Shown piece after piece: positions 1 to 13,399 of a DNA stretch of 64,000 nucleotides (position 1 is the stretch's first letter; each line of letters opens with the position of its first letter). The notes under the pieces are model-generated. The model saw only the letters and a list, made by a program, of their open reading frames with translations, did no database searches and was not told where the DNA came from. Origin of the DNA: Ginglymostoma cirratum (Eukaryota); assembly GCA_024137785.1 (NCBI GenBank), contig JAHRHZ010000266.1, forward strand, positions 124,001 through 188,000. The letters are read 5' to 3'. The position numbers were made by a program, and so were the translations under genes.

Positions 1-86
1 GAAAGAGAATAACCTGTTGGTGAGGAGGATATATTTTAAATGTTTAGAAACATCACAATATGGAAAAAACATTTGTAGCTACTTAC

Positions 87-139
87 CTTTCCTCTTTCTA
101 ACAAACATGATGTTTCTTAAGTACAGGAATCAGGCTGAG
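87..139 (-). pseudogene. Disabled paralogue of the gene B CTYANI exon
   Basis: ag/gtaagt sites intact but 53 nt instead of 54; reads QPDSCT* with TAA at the Tyr position. Confidence 0.8.
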
Positions 140-944
140 CTGTAATACAAACGGTATCCACTCTGAAACTGCCTTACTTCATCAGCTTTCTTTCTCCAGA
201 ATCAAAGGATCTTACAATAAGACACAATTCTGTGCAAACATCATAGCTTTACCACCGGAAAATGGTCGACGGGTTTCATTCGAATCAGACATCAAACTGT
301 ATTCTGAGTTTTTTGGACGTGTGGTCCCCCAATGGGCATGCCTTAAGGAGCGACTTAAAAAGGTGTAAAGAGAGTTGGAGAGGTTCAGATGGGATTCTCA
401 GACTCTTGCAGATTAAAAGTTAGGCACCAGAGACGTTGCTATTCCATTCCAGTTAAGCCAACATCGGCCATCTCTCTATAATGAGAGAACAACACTATGC
501 TCTCTGGGATAATGGTGAGTTTATATTTACTATAAGGGGTATGGAGGAGCAAGAATTGGAGGTAGGAAGTCGTCTCAATGGGTTGTAAGTGTACAAGTTT
601 AAATTTATCAACAATCCTCAGACAGCACCTTACAAACCCGCAACCACCTCCATCTAAAAATGCAATGCCAGCAGATAAACGGGAATACGGCCCTTATGAG
701 TTTCCCTCCAAGGGTCTTACCATCCTGACTTGGAAATATATTCTCGTACCTTCACTGTCGTCGGGTCAAAATCCTGGTATTCTGTCCCTGAAGGCATTGC
801 GGGTCTACCTACAACACATCTCCCGCAGCACTTCAAAAAGGCAGCTCACCAACAATTTCTCAAGAGGTCAACAAGAGATGGGCAATGAATGCTGCCCAGC
901 CAGTGACACAAATATCTCATGAATTAATGAAAATATACTTCCTG

Positions 945-3680
945 CCCCTTACCTCAAATTAATGCCCCACACTCCATCAGGGGGAAAACATCTTCATGTC
1001 GAACCTATCTATGCCCCTCATAAGTTTATGCATCTCAATCATGTCCCCCCGCAACCTCCTCTTCCCTGAGAAAAAGCAATCTATCCAATCTCTCTTCATA
1101 ATTGAAACTCTCCAAACCAGGTGACATCCTGGCAAATCTCCTCTGCACCCTCTCCAGATCTCTCCTATGATGTGGATTCCTGAACTGCACACAATTCTCC
1201 AGCTGTGGTCTAACCAATTTTTCATGCAGTTCCAGCAGAACCTTCCTGCTCCTACTTAAACCCTTTGCTTCAACTAAAAAAATGGAAGTATCCCATATGG
1301 CTTTTTAACCATGTTATCCAACTGCCCTGATACCTGAAGGGGAATGATGTAGATGCACACCAAGGTCCCTCTGATCCTTGGTATTTCCGAGGGTCCAACT
1401 GTTTGTTACACCTTCCTTTCCCTTCTTTGTCCTGCCCAAGTATATCACCTCCCAATTATCCAGATTGAATTTTATTTACCACTGATCGGGCCATCTGACA
1501 GCCTCCTGTAGTCTTGGGCTATCCCCCTCACTATTTACCACCCCAACTATTTGTTTATCATCTGGGAACCCACTGATCAACGGTCCGTCATTTAAGTCTA
1601 ACTCAATTCTATAAAGTACAAATAGCAAGGGCACCATCACTGACCCCTGTGGGATCCCACTAGACACAGATTTCCAGTCACAACAATGCCCCTTGACCAT
1701 CTCACTCTGTTTCCTGCCAGTCAGCTAATTGTGGATTTAAATTGCAAAATTCCCTTGGATCCCATAGGCTCTCACCTTTGCTAACAATCTCCCACTTGGG
1801 ACCTGATCAAAAGCCTTGCTGAAGTCCAAGAAGGTGTAAGAACATAAGAAACAGGTCCAGGAGTAGACCATCTGGCTACTCGAGCCTGCTCTGCCATTCA
1901 ATAAGATCATGGCTGATCTCTTCAAGGACTCAGCTCTACTAACCCACTCACCATAACCTTTAATTCCTTTACTGTTCAAAAATCTATCTACCTTTGCCTT
2001 AAAAAGATGACATCAAATGCATTGCCCTCATCTACACATCTGATCACCTCTTCAAAAGATTCAGTGAAGTTGTTAAGACATAACTTCTCCTGAACAAAAC
2101 CATGTTCATGATTGACCCCTGCCTCTTCATATGCAGATTCATTCTGTCCCTGAGAACTGCTTCCTATAGTTTCCACACCATCAAGTTTACACTGACTAGC
2201 CTGAAGATTCCCAGTTCATACCTTTCTCACTTCTTGAACAATGGTACCACACCGGTTGTCCTCCCATCCTCTTGTACCTCTCTTGTAGTCAGAAAGGAAG
2301 TGAAAACTTATTGCTAGTGCTCCTGATATTTCCTCCCTTGCCTCACTTAACAACCTGAGGTACATTTCATCCTGCCCTGGATATTTATCTATGTCTGAAC
2401 TCTATCAAAAACAATCTTAACCTAGTCAATCTCTCCTCGCATGCCAGACCCGCCGTCCCTGGAATTAGCCTGGTAAACCTTTGCTGCATTCCCTCAAGAG
2501 CAACAGCATCTTTTCTCAGAAAAGGAGACCAAAACTGCACACAATATTCCAGGTGTGGTCTCACCAAGACCCTGTAGAAACTGCAACAACGCAGCCCTGC
2601 TCCTGTACTCAAAACCTCTCGCAATGAAGGCCAACGTCCCATTTGCCTTCTTTACCACTGGCTGCACCTGCATGCTTACCTTCAGCAACTGGTGCACAAG
2701 GACTCCCAGGTCCCGCTGCACACTCCCCTCTCCCAATTTACAGCCATTCAGGCGGTAATCTGTCTTCTTGTTTTTGCTTCCAAAGTGAATAACCTCACAT
2801 TTATCCAAATTATACTGCATATGCTGTTGATTTGCCCACTCACCCAACGTGTCGAGATCATGCTGAAGGATCTCTGTATCCTTGTCACAGTTCACCTTCC
2901 AAGCCAATTTGTTATTATCTGCAAACTTGAAGATGTTACATTTTGTTCCTTCATTCAAATCATTAATATATATTGTGAATAGCTGGGGTCCTAGCACTGA
3001 TCCCTGCGGCACCCCACTAGTGACTGCCTGCCAAAGAGTACTAAGCCTGTGGAATTCATTACCACAGGAAGTGGTTGACGCCAAAACATTGAACATATTC
3101 AAGAGGTGATTCGATATAGCACTTGGGGCAAATGGGATCAAATGTTATGGGGAGAAAGCAGGGTTAGGCTATTGAGTAGGACTTATTTATAATAGCCAGG
3201 ATTATGAAGAATGGCGAAGCATTCTTAAAGGGCCAAATGGCCTCCTCATGCTCCTATCTTCTATGTTTTTATGTTTAAACTGGCCTATGTTTAAGCTCCT
3301 CTCTGACTACGCAAATTTAATTATATCACAGACCATCTCCCGGATATGTACACCCAAATCATCCCTCTTACCAGTGAACACCAACATAAAGTATTCATTT
3401 AGAACATGACCGACATCCTCTGGGTCGAAAGCACAAATTATGACCATGGACTTTTTACCCTTAGTGCACCATTAAAATAACTTAGAATTTTTCTTTATGT
3501 TATCTGCCAGTATACTTTCATATCTCCTTTTAGCTCTCCTAATCTCCCTATTAAATTCCCACTTTCACATTCTATAATCCTCCAGAAACTCCCACTGTTC
3601 CGACCTCTCAGCATCTGCCATAAGCATCCCTTTTCCTCTTAATCCAATGCTATGTATTCCTTGATATTCAGGGTTCACCG
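945..3680 (-). mobile_element. Degenerate CR1 LINE ORF2 with nested younger CR1 pieces
   Basis: Remnants HGFVQEKLCLNN, LDFSKAFD, SGIPQGSV, VRPQLENCVQF, LRGDMIE. Confidence 0.85.
2395..3274 (+). mobile_element. CR1 insertion with inverted 5' part (2395-3032 minus, 3033-3274 plus with 3' tail)
   Basis: SGVPQGSVLGP...FADN...[13 protein letters not shown] on minus, joined to RVLSLWNSLP and the ctatgtttttatgt tail on plus. Confidence 0.75.
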
Positions 3681-3732
3681 GGTTTGTTGGTCCCACTCTT
3701 TAGCCCTCCACTCTCCCTGTTTCCTTCTTTGA

Positions 3733-3925
3733 TGTGGAGATTCCAGTACCACACTGGGGTGGACAAAGCCAAAAATCAGACAACACCAGGTCCTAGTCCA
3801 ACAAGTTTATTTGAAATCACAAGCATTCAGAACATCTCACTGCAAATGACAAAGGAGCGGCTCTCCGAAAGCTGTAATTTCAAATAAACCTTTTGGACCA
3901 TAACCTGGTGATTTTTGACTATTTC
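3733..3925. mobile_element. Short fold-back element, probably Penelope pLTR-derived
   Basis: Inverted arms (caccaggt..gtccaa..gtttatttgaaat / atttcaaataaac..ttggac..acctggtg) around ggagcggctctccgaaagct. Confidence 0.5.
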
Positions 3926-4289
3926 CTTATTCACTACATCCCAAAGTATACCTGTTCTGGACTACATGTGACTTCAGTCCTGCAAAAGGACACTGGTTTA
4001 AGGTACAGTAGTTATTAAAGAATGAGAGGGGTTGTCAGCGAGCAGGTTTATACAGGGCTGCAAGGTGCCACATGCTCAAAGAGGAAGCCAATGTCATCAA
4101 TAAGTGATGGAAAGCAACTGTCAGTCTCAAAGATCACACTACTTGAAACCAAAAGAACTGCAGACGCTGTCAAAGATTACACTGCCGGAAGTCTGCATTC
4201 AGAAACATTGTACAGGATGATTTTAATTTTATTTTAGTAAATGGAGAGTACAGAAACAGATATTTCAATATAAAGAAACAGAGGTTTGC

Positions 4290-5960
4290 CTCCCCTCACT
4301 CCTGGAGGTGAGGAAGGAAATTGCTGGGGCCTTGTACAAAATCTTTGTATTCTGTTTAGCCACAGGAGAGGTCCCAGAGCACTGGAGAATTGCCAAAATT
4401 GTTCTTTTGTTTAACGGCAACAGAGGTAATCCAGGAACTTACAGGCTGGTGATCCTTATATCAGTGGTAGGGAAATTATTGGAGAAGATTATTAGGGACA
4501 GGATTTACTCACATTTTTAAAAATATGGACTTATTTATAATAGCCGGCATGGTGTTGTGTGGGGAGCTCATGTCTCACAAACTTGATTCAGTTTTTGGGA
4601 AAGTTTGATGATTGTTGGGGGCAGGGGAGTAGATGTTGTCAACATGGACTCTCATAAGGCCTTTGACAAGGTGCTTCATGGCAGGCTGATATGGAAGTTG
4701 AAATCACGTCAATCCGTGAGGGATGGTAAGATGGATACAGAATTGGCTGAGTCATAGAGACAGAGAGTAGAGGTGGAAGGGTGTTTCTGTGACTTGAGAT
4801 CTGTAGGCAGTGGTGTCCTGCAGGAATCAGTACTGGGACTCTATTGTTTAGTATTTATGTAAATATTTTGAAGGATAATGTAGATGGTGTGATTAATAAG
4901 ATTGCAAATGACACAAAGATTGGGGAAGTTGTGGACAGTGAGGAAGATTGCCAGAGGATACAGAAGAATATAGATAGGCTGGAGACTTGGCCGGAGAAAT
5001 GGCAGATAAAATTTAATCTAGACTAGTATGAGGTAATGCATTTTGGAAGGTCTAATGCAAGAGGGAAGTGTACAGTAAATGGCAGAATCCTTAGAAGCAT
5101 TAAGATAAAGAGATCGGAAAGTGCCAACTCCAGTGGGTAAAGTGGTCAAGAAGGCATACGACTTGCTTGCCTTTGGGACACAGAGTTTCAAGATTGGCTA
5201 CAAAATCAAAGCTGCTGGAAAATCTCAGCAGGTCTGGCAGCATCTGTGAAGTTAAAATCAGAGTTAACATTTCAGGTCCGGTGACCCTGCCTCAGAACTC
5301 TATTTTTTTCTTTCACAGATGCTGCCAGACTTGCTGAGCTTTTCCAGCAACTTTGTTTAGGTTCCTGATTTACAGCGTCCGCAGTTCTTTTGGTTTTTGT
5401 TCAAAGTTGACAAGTCATGTTGCAGCTGTATAGAAAGTTCGTTTGGCCACATTTGGAACACTGTGTCCAGGACTGGTCGCCAAACTACCAGAAGGACATG
5501 GAGGCTTTGGAGAGGAGACAGAAAAGATTTATCAGGTGTTTGCCTGGTTTATCTATGTGGAGAGAGTGGACCAACTCAGTCTGCTTTCACTTGAAGAGGC
5601 TGAGGGGTGACCTGACAGAAGTTTACAAAATTATGGGAGGTATGGTTAGAATGAATGATCAGAGTCTTTCACCCAGGATAGACATGTCGATTACTAGGGG
5701 ACATATATATATATCGTAAAAATGGAAAAGTTTGGAGGAAATGTGGGATGAAAATATTTTTACATGGAGGCTGCTAAGTGCTTGGAATGTGCTGCCAGAG
5801 GTGGTAATGGAGGCGGAAACAATGGCAACATTTAAGAAGCATCTTGACAGATACACAAATAGGCAGGGAATAGAGGGATTCGACAGTTCAGAAAGGCATC
5901 GTGTGTCGTCACAGACTCGATGGGTCAAAAGACCTTTTCCTGCGCTGCACTGTTCTTTGT
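4290..5960 (+). mobile_element. 5'-truncated CR1 LINE (paralogue at 39230-40740)
   Basis: VPEHWRIAKIV, KLLEKII, ANDTKIG, WPHLEHCVQ, WNVLPEVV. Confidence 0.9.
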
Positions 5961-6135
5961 TCCTGGTGTAGCCCCCCCGACTCCTTCATTCCTGGTGCAG
6001 AGTTCCCCTCACTTCCCTTGCAGATTCCCTTCGCTCCTGAGGTAGCTTCCTCCCCTCACAAATGGTTCAGCCTCCCCTCACTCTTGGTTCAGGCCTTCCT
6101 TCACTCTTGGTGTGGCCCTCCCTTAATTCCTGACA
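5960..6135 (+). repeat. Degenerate ~25-bp tandem repeat (cctcccctcactc-tggtg); also at 40735-40885
   Basis: Visible periodic units in both duplicate copies. Confidence 0.6.
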
Positions 6136-6799
6136 TCTCTCTGCAATTATATAGAGCCTTGGTGAGACCCCATCTGGAATCTGGTGAACAGATCTGATTT
6201 CCACATCTACGACAATGTCTACTTGTTAAAGAGGAAGGGTCTGAGGAAAGGTCACTGGACCCGAAAATTTAGCTGCTTTTTCCTTTACAGATGCTGCCAG
6301 ACCTGCTGAGCTTTTCCAGCAACTTTGTTTTTGTTAAAGAGGGAGTGTAACAAAGATTAACTAAACTAATCCCAGGGATGGAATGATTGTCCTTTGAAGC
6401 GAGATTAAGTAGACTGAGCCTTTTTTCTACACAAATCAGAAGAACAGGAGGTGATCTTTCAATCAGATCACATCCTTACAGGGATTGACAGTGTTGATAC
6501 ACTGTCTTGAACCAGGGAACACAGCCTCAGAATGAAGGATAGACCCTTAAGGGAGAGGCTGTTTAGGACTGAGATGAGAGGGAATTTATTGTCGCAAAGG
6601 AGGTGAATCTTGAGAAATCTCTAGCCAGAGAGCTGTGAAAGCTTAGTCATTGAGTATCTTCACGAATTAAATGGTAAATTTCCAGACATTAAAAACATTG
6701 AGAGGTATGGGGATAGTGCAGGAAAGTGGTGTTGAACTACTAGACCAGACATGATCCTATTGATTGGTGGAGCATCTTGTCCCTAGTGGGGAAAGTCCA

Positions 6800-7460
6800 G
6801 ATACACACTCTCCTGACTCTCTTACTCCTTGTGGCTGTGGAAATCTTCCAAAGACACACTTCGGCTTTAAATCTTCCAGTGGAACAGCTTACATGGTCTT
6901 TGTTGTTAGACAAATCCAAGTAAAATGTCAAGCACAACACAAGAAACTCTTTATTACATTTCTCAACCTGACCAAAGCAGATAACTTAGTAAATCACTTG
7001 ATGGAACAATCCTGCAACTGCTTTGTGATGACATGACTGCTTCTGAAACAGATGTCTTCACTGATCAGGATCAGAGTCAAGCAACGCTGTGTGACAGCTC
7101 CACATTATCTATAGTCTACCAAACAGTGACTGTGTCCTCTGGTGTCAGGATTAGATATTACCAAGATAGAAATCTCTTCAACCTCAGACTCATCCGTGCC
7201 AAAATAACATGACCACAACAAACAGACATGAGATACAGTATGCACTGAGAACTTCACTGTTGGTTTTGCATTCTGCACCAGACTAGCAAACCACCCTTGA
7301 CCTCTTCAAACTTGCAAAAAGACACTTGACTACTGCTTGAGTGTTGCCAAAACAAAACTCAAATCACCCATCAGTTAAATATTCTACCTCCCGTATATGT
7401 TAAAACTCTGGAATACAATTAGCACACTCGATATCTTGGGAGGCACCTCCCTCAAAAGGG
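6800..7460 (+). mobile_element. RTE-clade LINE RT remnant (paralogue at ~41445-42090)
   Basis: LPKTHFGFKSSSGTAYMVFVVRQIQVKCQAQHKKLFITFLNLTKA resembles the RTE motif LPESQCGFR..RGT.DMIF.RQ.QEKC.EQ....F.DLTKAFD. Confidence 0.7.
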
Positions 7461-8554
7461 TGCCCAAGGCTGAGATCACTGGCTCTGTCCATCACTGCAA
7501 GTCTGAGAACAGTCCATAGGCGACCACGAAGGGACTCTGGTTTTCAATGTCCACTGGGGAAGAGAGATCCAACTCTGGATCAGCAGAGACAGCTCAACCT
7601 TCTAGAAACTATGGCAGTGATTGTATGACAACATTGGCTCTCCACAAGTCAGCAAAAAGTCCTTGTCTTCATCACCAGCCCATGTAAATGTTGGTGGACC
7701 CACAATGCTGTTTGGGATGGAATTGCAGGATTGTGACCAAGTGACACTGAAGGAACAAGGATATATTTCCGAGTTAGGATGGTGACTGGAATGAAGGGGA
7801 ACTTGCAGGTGATGGTGATCCCATGTATCTGTAATCATGAACAAGAATGAAGTTGACTCTGTTGCCACAGTTCGGACACTGAATGGCATTTGGACACTTT
7901 CCCTGTTCTTCCAAAAAGACAATCTTCAGAAGCTTTTTTTTTATTTTTGAAACATTTCATTGCATCTGTGTGTTTGGGACTTCTTCAACTCAAAAGACGA
8001 CATGTTGCAGCTTATGAGCCTTTGGACATCTTGCAGGATAATTTAAAATGTTACAATTTGCAATCACCTTGTTAAATACAAATGATTCTGAGGCTCAGAG
8101 CGCACCAATAATATGTTACAGTCTCTGACAGGTCCAAGTCACATTAATATCTCTTGTGTCACACATGTCTCCTGTGGAATGTCATTCCAATGTGGCAGCA
8201 AAATAGGTAAAATCTGCTTCCTGTTTGGTAGCATCATACATGACAAAAGGAGGCCCCTCATCCCATTGTGCCTGTGCCAGCCGTTTGAAATTAGTCACAC
8301 TCTCCGTGTTCTTTCCTAATTCTGTGCATTGCCTCTGTCATGTGACCTCTGGTTCTTTTCTCAATCATCTTTATCTGTACATTTACTCACTGACTGTCCC
8401 GCCACTGGAAATAGTTTCTCATGACTTTCTTTAGAAACAGTCTTCTTGAATTGACACGGCTCAATCAAATCTCCCCTGAATCTTCACTGCTCTAAAAGCA
8501 ACACCAGTTCTTCCAAAGAACTGAGGTCTTTCTTCTCTGGAACCATTCTAGTTA

Positions 8555-11185
8555 CTTTATACTAACAGTCCAATCAGTAATATGACCAGCATCACATCAG
8601 TGTTGTCTAGCTTTCGTTGAAGTGCAGTTATTCTGTTCCGTTCTGAATTGATATGGCCCAGTCTGTCATGGTGGCTACTTCTGGTGCCGGTTTTGCTATG
8701 TAGTGGTACGTAGATGAGGTCTATTTCAAAATGTTTGTTCTTGGCATCTGCGGTTGAAAACCAGGCTTCCAGGAATTCTCATTCTTTTCTTTGTTTTTTT
8801 GTCCTAGTACTGTTACATTGTTCCAGTTAAACTGATGACCTTCTTTGTCGGAGTGAATAGAAATGAGGGAGAGTTGGTCGTGCCATTTTGCTGCGAGTTG
8901 GTGTTCATGTATCCTGGTGGTGAGTTTCCTGCTGTATTGCTTCTCGCAGTTACTGAATGGGTATTTTGTATATCACATTTGTCCCGTTAATTGTGGGTAT
9001 GGGGTTTTTCATCTTTGAGATTAGCTGGCAAAGTGCAGCTGTTGGTTTGAGTGCTATCATTAATCCAAGAGGTCGTAGGAGTCTTGTAGTCAGTTCCGAT
9101 GTATTTCTAATCTCACAATTAGAGAACAGGATGACCTATACACTAAAGAAATTCCAGTCGACAGGCCAAATAACAAGAACAGACTTCCTCTCAATGAAAC
9201 CCTGTAGTTCAAACATCCCGCAATTCTACAGACAACCCAAGGTGCACAAACCCTCATGCCCATAGTTTCCTTGCCAGACACACTGACACACACTCTAGCC
9301 AAGGAGCTGCAATATAGACTGAAATACATCCCTAATGGATACAGTCAGTCCATTCACTCCGCACAGGAATTTCTGAATAACATCAGAAACATAAAAATCG
9401 ACAAGAATGAAATGATGGTCTCCTTCAACGTTACAGCGCTATTCATCGCTATCGACATGGCACTAGCAATGGACACACCTGCCACATTATTAGACAATCC
9501 GAAAACACAGACCTCCAATGAAACCAGCAGCAAGGACAATATGCTGAATTACACCTATCTCTTACAGTGCACTTTGTCTTCGACGCCCAGTTAGATGGAC
9601 AAATTAATGGGACACTGATGGATTCACCCATCTCGGGTCTCATAGCGGAAGCAGTTATGCAAAGACTTGAACACACAGCCCTCCCCCAGATCCAGCTTAA
9701 ACTATGGGTCAGGTACGTGGACAATACTTCTGTGATCATTAAATGAACAAAATTAGAAGAAACACACCACCTCATTAACATCAGCTTTCATCAGTTTTCC
9801 TGCTCCTCTGATGCTGCCTGGCCTGCTGTGTTACTCCAGCTCCACGCTGTGCTATCTCTGACCCCAGCACCAACAGTTCTTACTACCTCTGACCTCATTA
9901 ACAGAATATTCACTGTGATCAAGTTCACCAGGGAAGAGGAGAACAACAATCAACTCCTGTTTCTAGATTTTATGGTGGAACGAATGAACAACGATGAAAT
10001 CCTTACCAGTGTATGCAGAGAGACTACACATACAGACCAAATCCTGAATTACAACAGTAACCAACCCAGTGTCCACAAACAGAGCTGTGTCAAGACTCTG
10101 TTTAAATGAGCGAGAACACACTGCAACACCCCGGAGCTGCACGAAAACAAAGAGGAACACCTATACAAAATCTTTGCAAACAATGGGTATCCTAACAGTT
10201 TCATCTGCCGATGCCTGGCAAATAAACAGCACCAAGAAGACACTGTATATCCCAACACACTGGCCACTCTACTCTATATCAGAAACACATCAGAACTGAC
10301 TACAAGACTCCTACGACCTCTTGGAATAACGATAGCACACAAACCAACAGCTGCACTTCGCCAGCTACTCTCAAAGACAAAAGACCCCGTATCCGCAATG
10401 AGCAGGACAAATGTGACTTCCAAAAAAAATACCATGCAGCAACTGCAAGAAGCAATACACAGGACAGACAGGCAGGAAACTCGCCACCAGGTTACATGAA
10501 CACCAATTCGCAGCAAAATGACACGACCAACTCTCCCTCATGTCTAAGAAAACAAGGTGTAGAGCTGGATGAACACAGCAGGCCAAGCAGCATCATAGGG
10601 GCAGGAAAGCTTGACGTTTCAGGCCCAGACCCTTCATCAGAAACAATGTAACAGTACTAGGACAAGCAAAACAAAGACAAGCACAAGAATTCCTGGAAGC
10701 CTGGTTTTTCAGCTGCTGATGCCATAAAAAAACACCTCATCTACGTACCACTACATAGCAAAACCAGAAACAAAACTAAAACAGAAGTTGCTGGAAAAGC
10801 TCATCAGGTCTTGCAGCAGCTGTGAAGAAAAAATCGGAGTTAACGTTTTGGGTCTGGTGACCCTCAGAACTCCCGACCGAAAACATTCACTGTGACTGTT
10901 TCGTCACGGATGCTGCTAGACCTGCTGAGCTTTTCCAGCAACTTGTGTTTTTGTTCCTGACTTACAGCATCTACAGTTCTTCTGGAAACAGAACTACATA
11001 CTATGACAGACCGCACCATATAAATTCAGAACGGATCAGAACGACAGCACTTCAATGGAGGCTGGACAGCACTGAAGGTGTCACCTAGAAGGGGAACAAA
11101 ATGTTTGCATGAAAACCAGGCAGCTCGGTGAACCAGCCTAAAACTCCAGCCACAACCCGAGCTACAGATCTTCGCTAAAACATTA
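8555..11185 (+). mobile_element. Penelope-like element (family 1): inverted 5' copy of the 3' region (8555-9113), degenerate RT + GIY-YIG, pLTR
   Basis: PKVHKP, PIVS, MVSFNVTALF, SPISGLIAE, RYVDN, IKFTREEE, YTGQTGRKLATR; 9040-9113 is the reverse complement of 10278-10350. Confidence 0.85.
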
Positions 11186-11409
11186 AACACTAGTCTAATG
11201 GTATCCATGAAACCATCATCAATTGTTGGAAAAAATCCATTTGGTTCACTGATGTTCTTTAGGGAAGGGAAATACCATCCTTATCCTGTCTAGCCTACAT
11301 GTGACTCCAGTCCCACAGCAACAGATTTGACTCTAAAATACCTTCAGAAATGACCAAGGGAGACACTGAGTTGCACAAAACCATTACAAAATGTAAAAGG
11401 ACGGTTATA

Positions 11410-12660
11410 GAGTCACAGAGTCATAGCGATGTAGAGCATGGAAACAGGCCCTTCAGTCTAACTTGTCCATGCCGATCAGATAGCCTAAATTATTCTCATC
11501 CCATTTGCCAGCATTTGGCCTATATCCCTTGAAAGCCTTCCTGTTCATATACCATCCCAATGCCTTTTAAATGTTGCAATTGTACCAGCCTCCATCACTT
11601 CCTCTGGCAGTTCATTCCATACACGCACCACCTTCTGCATGAAAAAGTTGTCCCTGAGGTCCCTTATAAATCTTTCCCTTCCCACCCTAAACCTATGCCC
11701 TCTAGTTGTGGACTTCCCTACCCTGGGCAAAAGACCTTGGCTATTCACCCTATCCAAGGCCCTCATGATTTTATAAACTCCTATAAGGTCACTCCTCAGA
11801 CTCTGACGCTGCAGGGAAAATAGCCCTAGCCTGTTCAGCCTCTCCCTATAGCTCAATCCCTCTAACCCTGGCAACATGCTTGTAATTTTTTTCTGAGTCC
11901 TTTTGAGTTTCTCAAAATCTTTCCAAGAGCAGGGAGACCAGAAGTGAATGCAGTATTCCAAAAGTGGCCTAACCAGTGTCCTGTATGTTAGCAACATTAC
12001 CAACCAACTCCTTTACTCAGTGCACTAACCATTAAAGACGAGCATTCCAAATGCCTTCTTCACTACCCTGTACTCCACTTTCAAAGAACTATGACCCTGC
12101 ACTCCAAGGCCTTTTTGTTTGGTAACAGTCCACAGGACCTTATCATTAAGTATATAAGTGCTGCAATGATTTGCATTTCCAAAATGCAGTGCCTCACATC
12201 GATTTAAATTAAACTCCATCTGCCATTTCTCAGCACATTGGCCTGTCTGATCAATGTCCCATTGTACTGTGAGATAACCTTCTTCGTTGCTCACTACACC
12301 ACCAATATTGGTGTCATCTGCAAACATATCAACCATACTGACTTTATTCACATCCACATCATTTAGGTAAATGACAATAAGCAATGGATCAAGCACCGAT
12401 CCTTGCGGCACACCGCCGGAAACAGGCCTTGAGTCCGAAAAGCAATCCTGCTTCACCACCCTCTGTCTAATATCATCAAGCCAGTAATGTATCCAAATGG
12501 CTGGTTCCCCCTGTATTCCATGTGATCTAATCTTTCTAACCAGTCTATCATGTGGAAATTTTCAAATGCCTTACTGAAGTCCATTTACGCCACATCCACT
12601 GCTCTCCATTCTTCAGTCATCTTTGTCACTCCTTCAAAAAACTCCAAATTAATGAGTCAT
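11410..12660 (-). mobile_element. 5'-truncated CR1 LINE
   Basis: ORFs 12025-12459 (GVPQGSVL, FADDT) and 11545-12003 (RPLLEYC...WNELPEEV). Confidence 0.9.
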
Positions 12661-12934
12661 GTTATGTCTGAACAGCGAATAGTGTGCCAATAACCATGTC
12701 CTGTTGCTCCACACATCATCAGGAACTGTACAAACGTACAACAAACCCAATGAGATCACCCCTGACAGACTGCTACTCAGGACAGAAGAAAACCACATCA
12801 GGAATCTTCAGTAACAGTGAAAATAATTCCATAAATCAATATTCCCAGTAATGAAAGTGGTGAAAAGAAAATATCCCTAATTAATGCACCTTAACTGTAC
12901 CCCTTCAAAACCACATGCACACTCACCCATATAT

Positions 12935-12967
12935 AGACACACACACGCACACACACGCACACACACA
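12935..12967. repeat. (CA)n microsatellite
   Basis: Direct inspection. Confidence 0.85.
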
Positions 12968-13399
12968 ATTAAGACAGAGAAAAGATAAACAGTTTATATT
13001 TCTCCCATGAGTGAATAGAGAATATACACAGGGTAAACAAAACTCTGAAATTCAAAGTCCAGAAAAGAAGATGGAAAGATCTTTCTCTTTCACAGTCCTT
13101 GTGATTTTTTTTGCAGTGGTGAGATACTGCTCCCTGTACAATGATGGTCACCCTTCAAATTCAATGGTCAATCAGGTGAACATATATCTTTGATCATGTG
13201 AATTATATCCTTTCAGCTTGCTCGGGTTTTCTGTGCATTTCTCTATGGTGATGGGAGAGATGGACAGTTGGCTGTTTTCTTTCTGTAGCTACTCTCCACT
13301 TTCCACTTTCAGGGGCTCCTGGCACTTACAGTTTTGTAACAGTTGCAGTTCTACAAATCAGACGGCAGTTGCCAGGCAGAATTTTCTTAACTCAAAAAA

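Larger units (their letters stand above)
1..8554. repeat. Segmental duplication, copy A (paralogous to ~37124-43193)
   Basis: Collinear matches, e.g. 121-190 vs 37245-37315, 3975-4290 vs 38960-39230, 7190-7380 vs 41815-42000, 8521-8554 vs 43160-43193, including shared old TEs. Confidence 0.95.

Noticed and set aside
12661-12727. Possible remnant TM exon of gene A after a tttgtacag acceptor (VPDDVWSNR / MVIGTLFAV)
   Set aside because: Needs a frameshift, has no donor, is cut by CR1, and shows no similarity to gene B's TM exon
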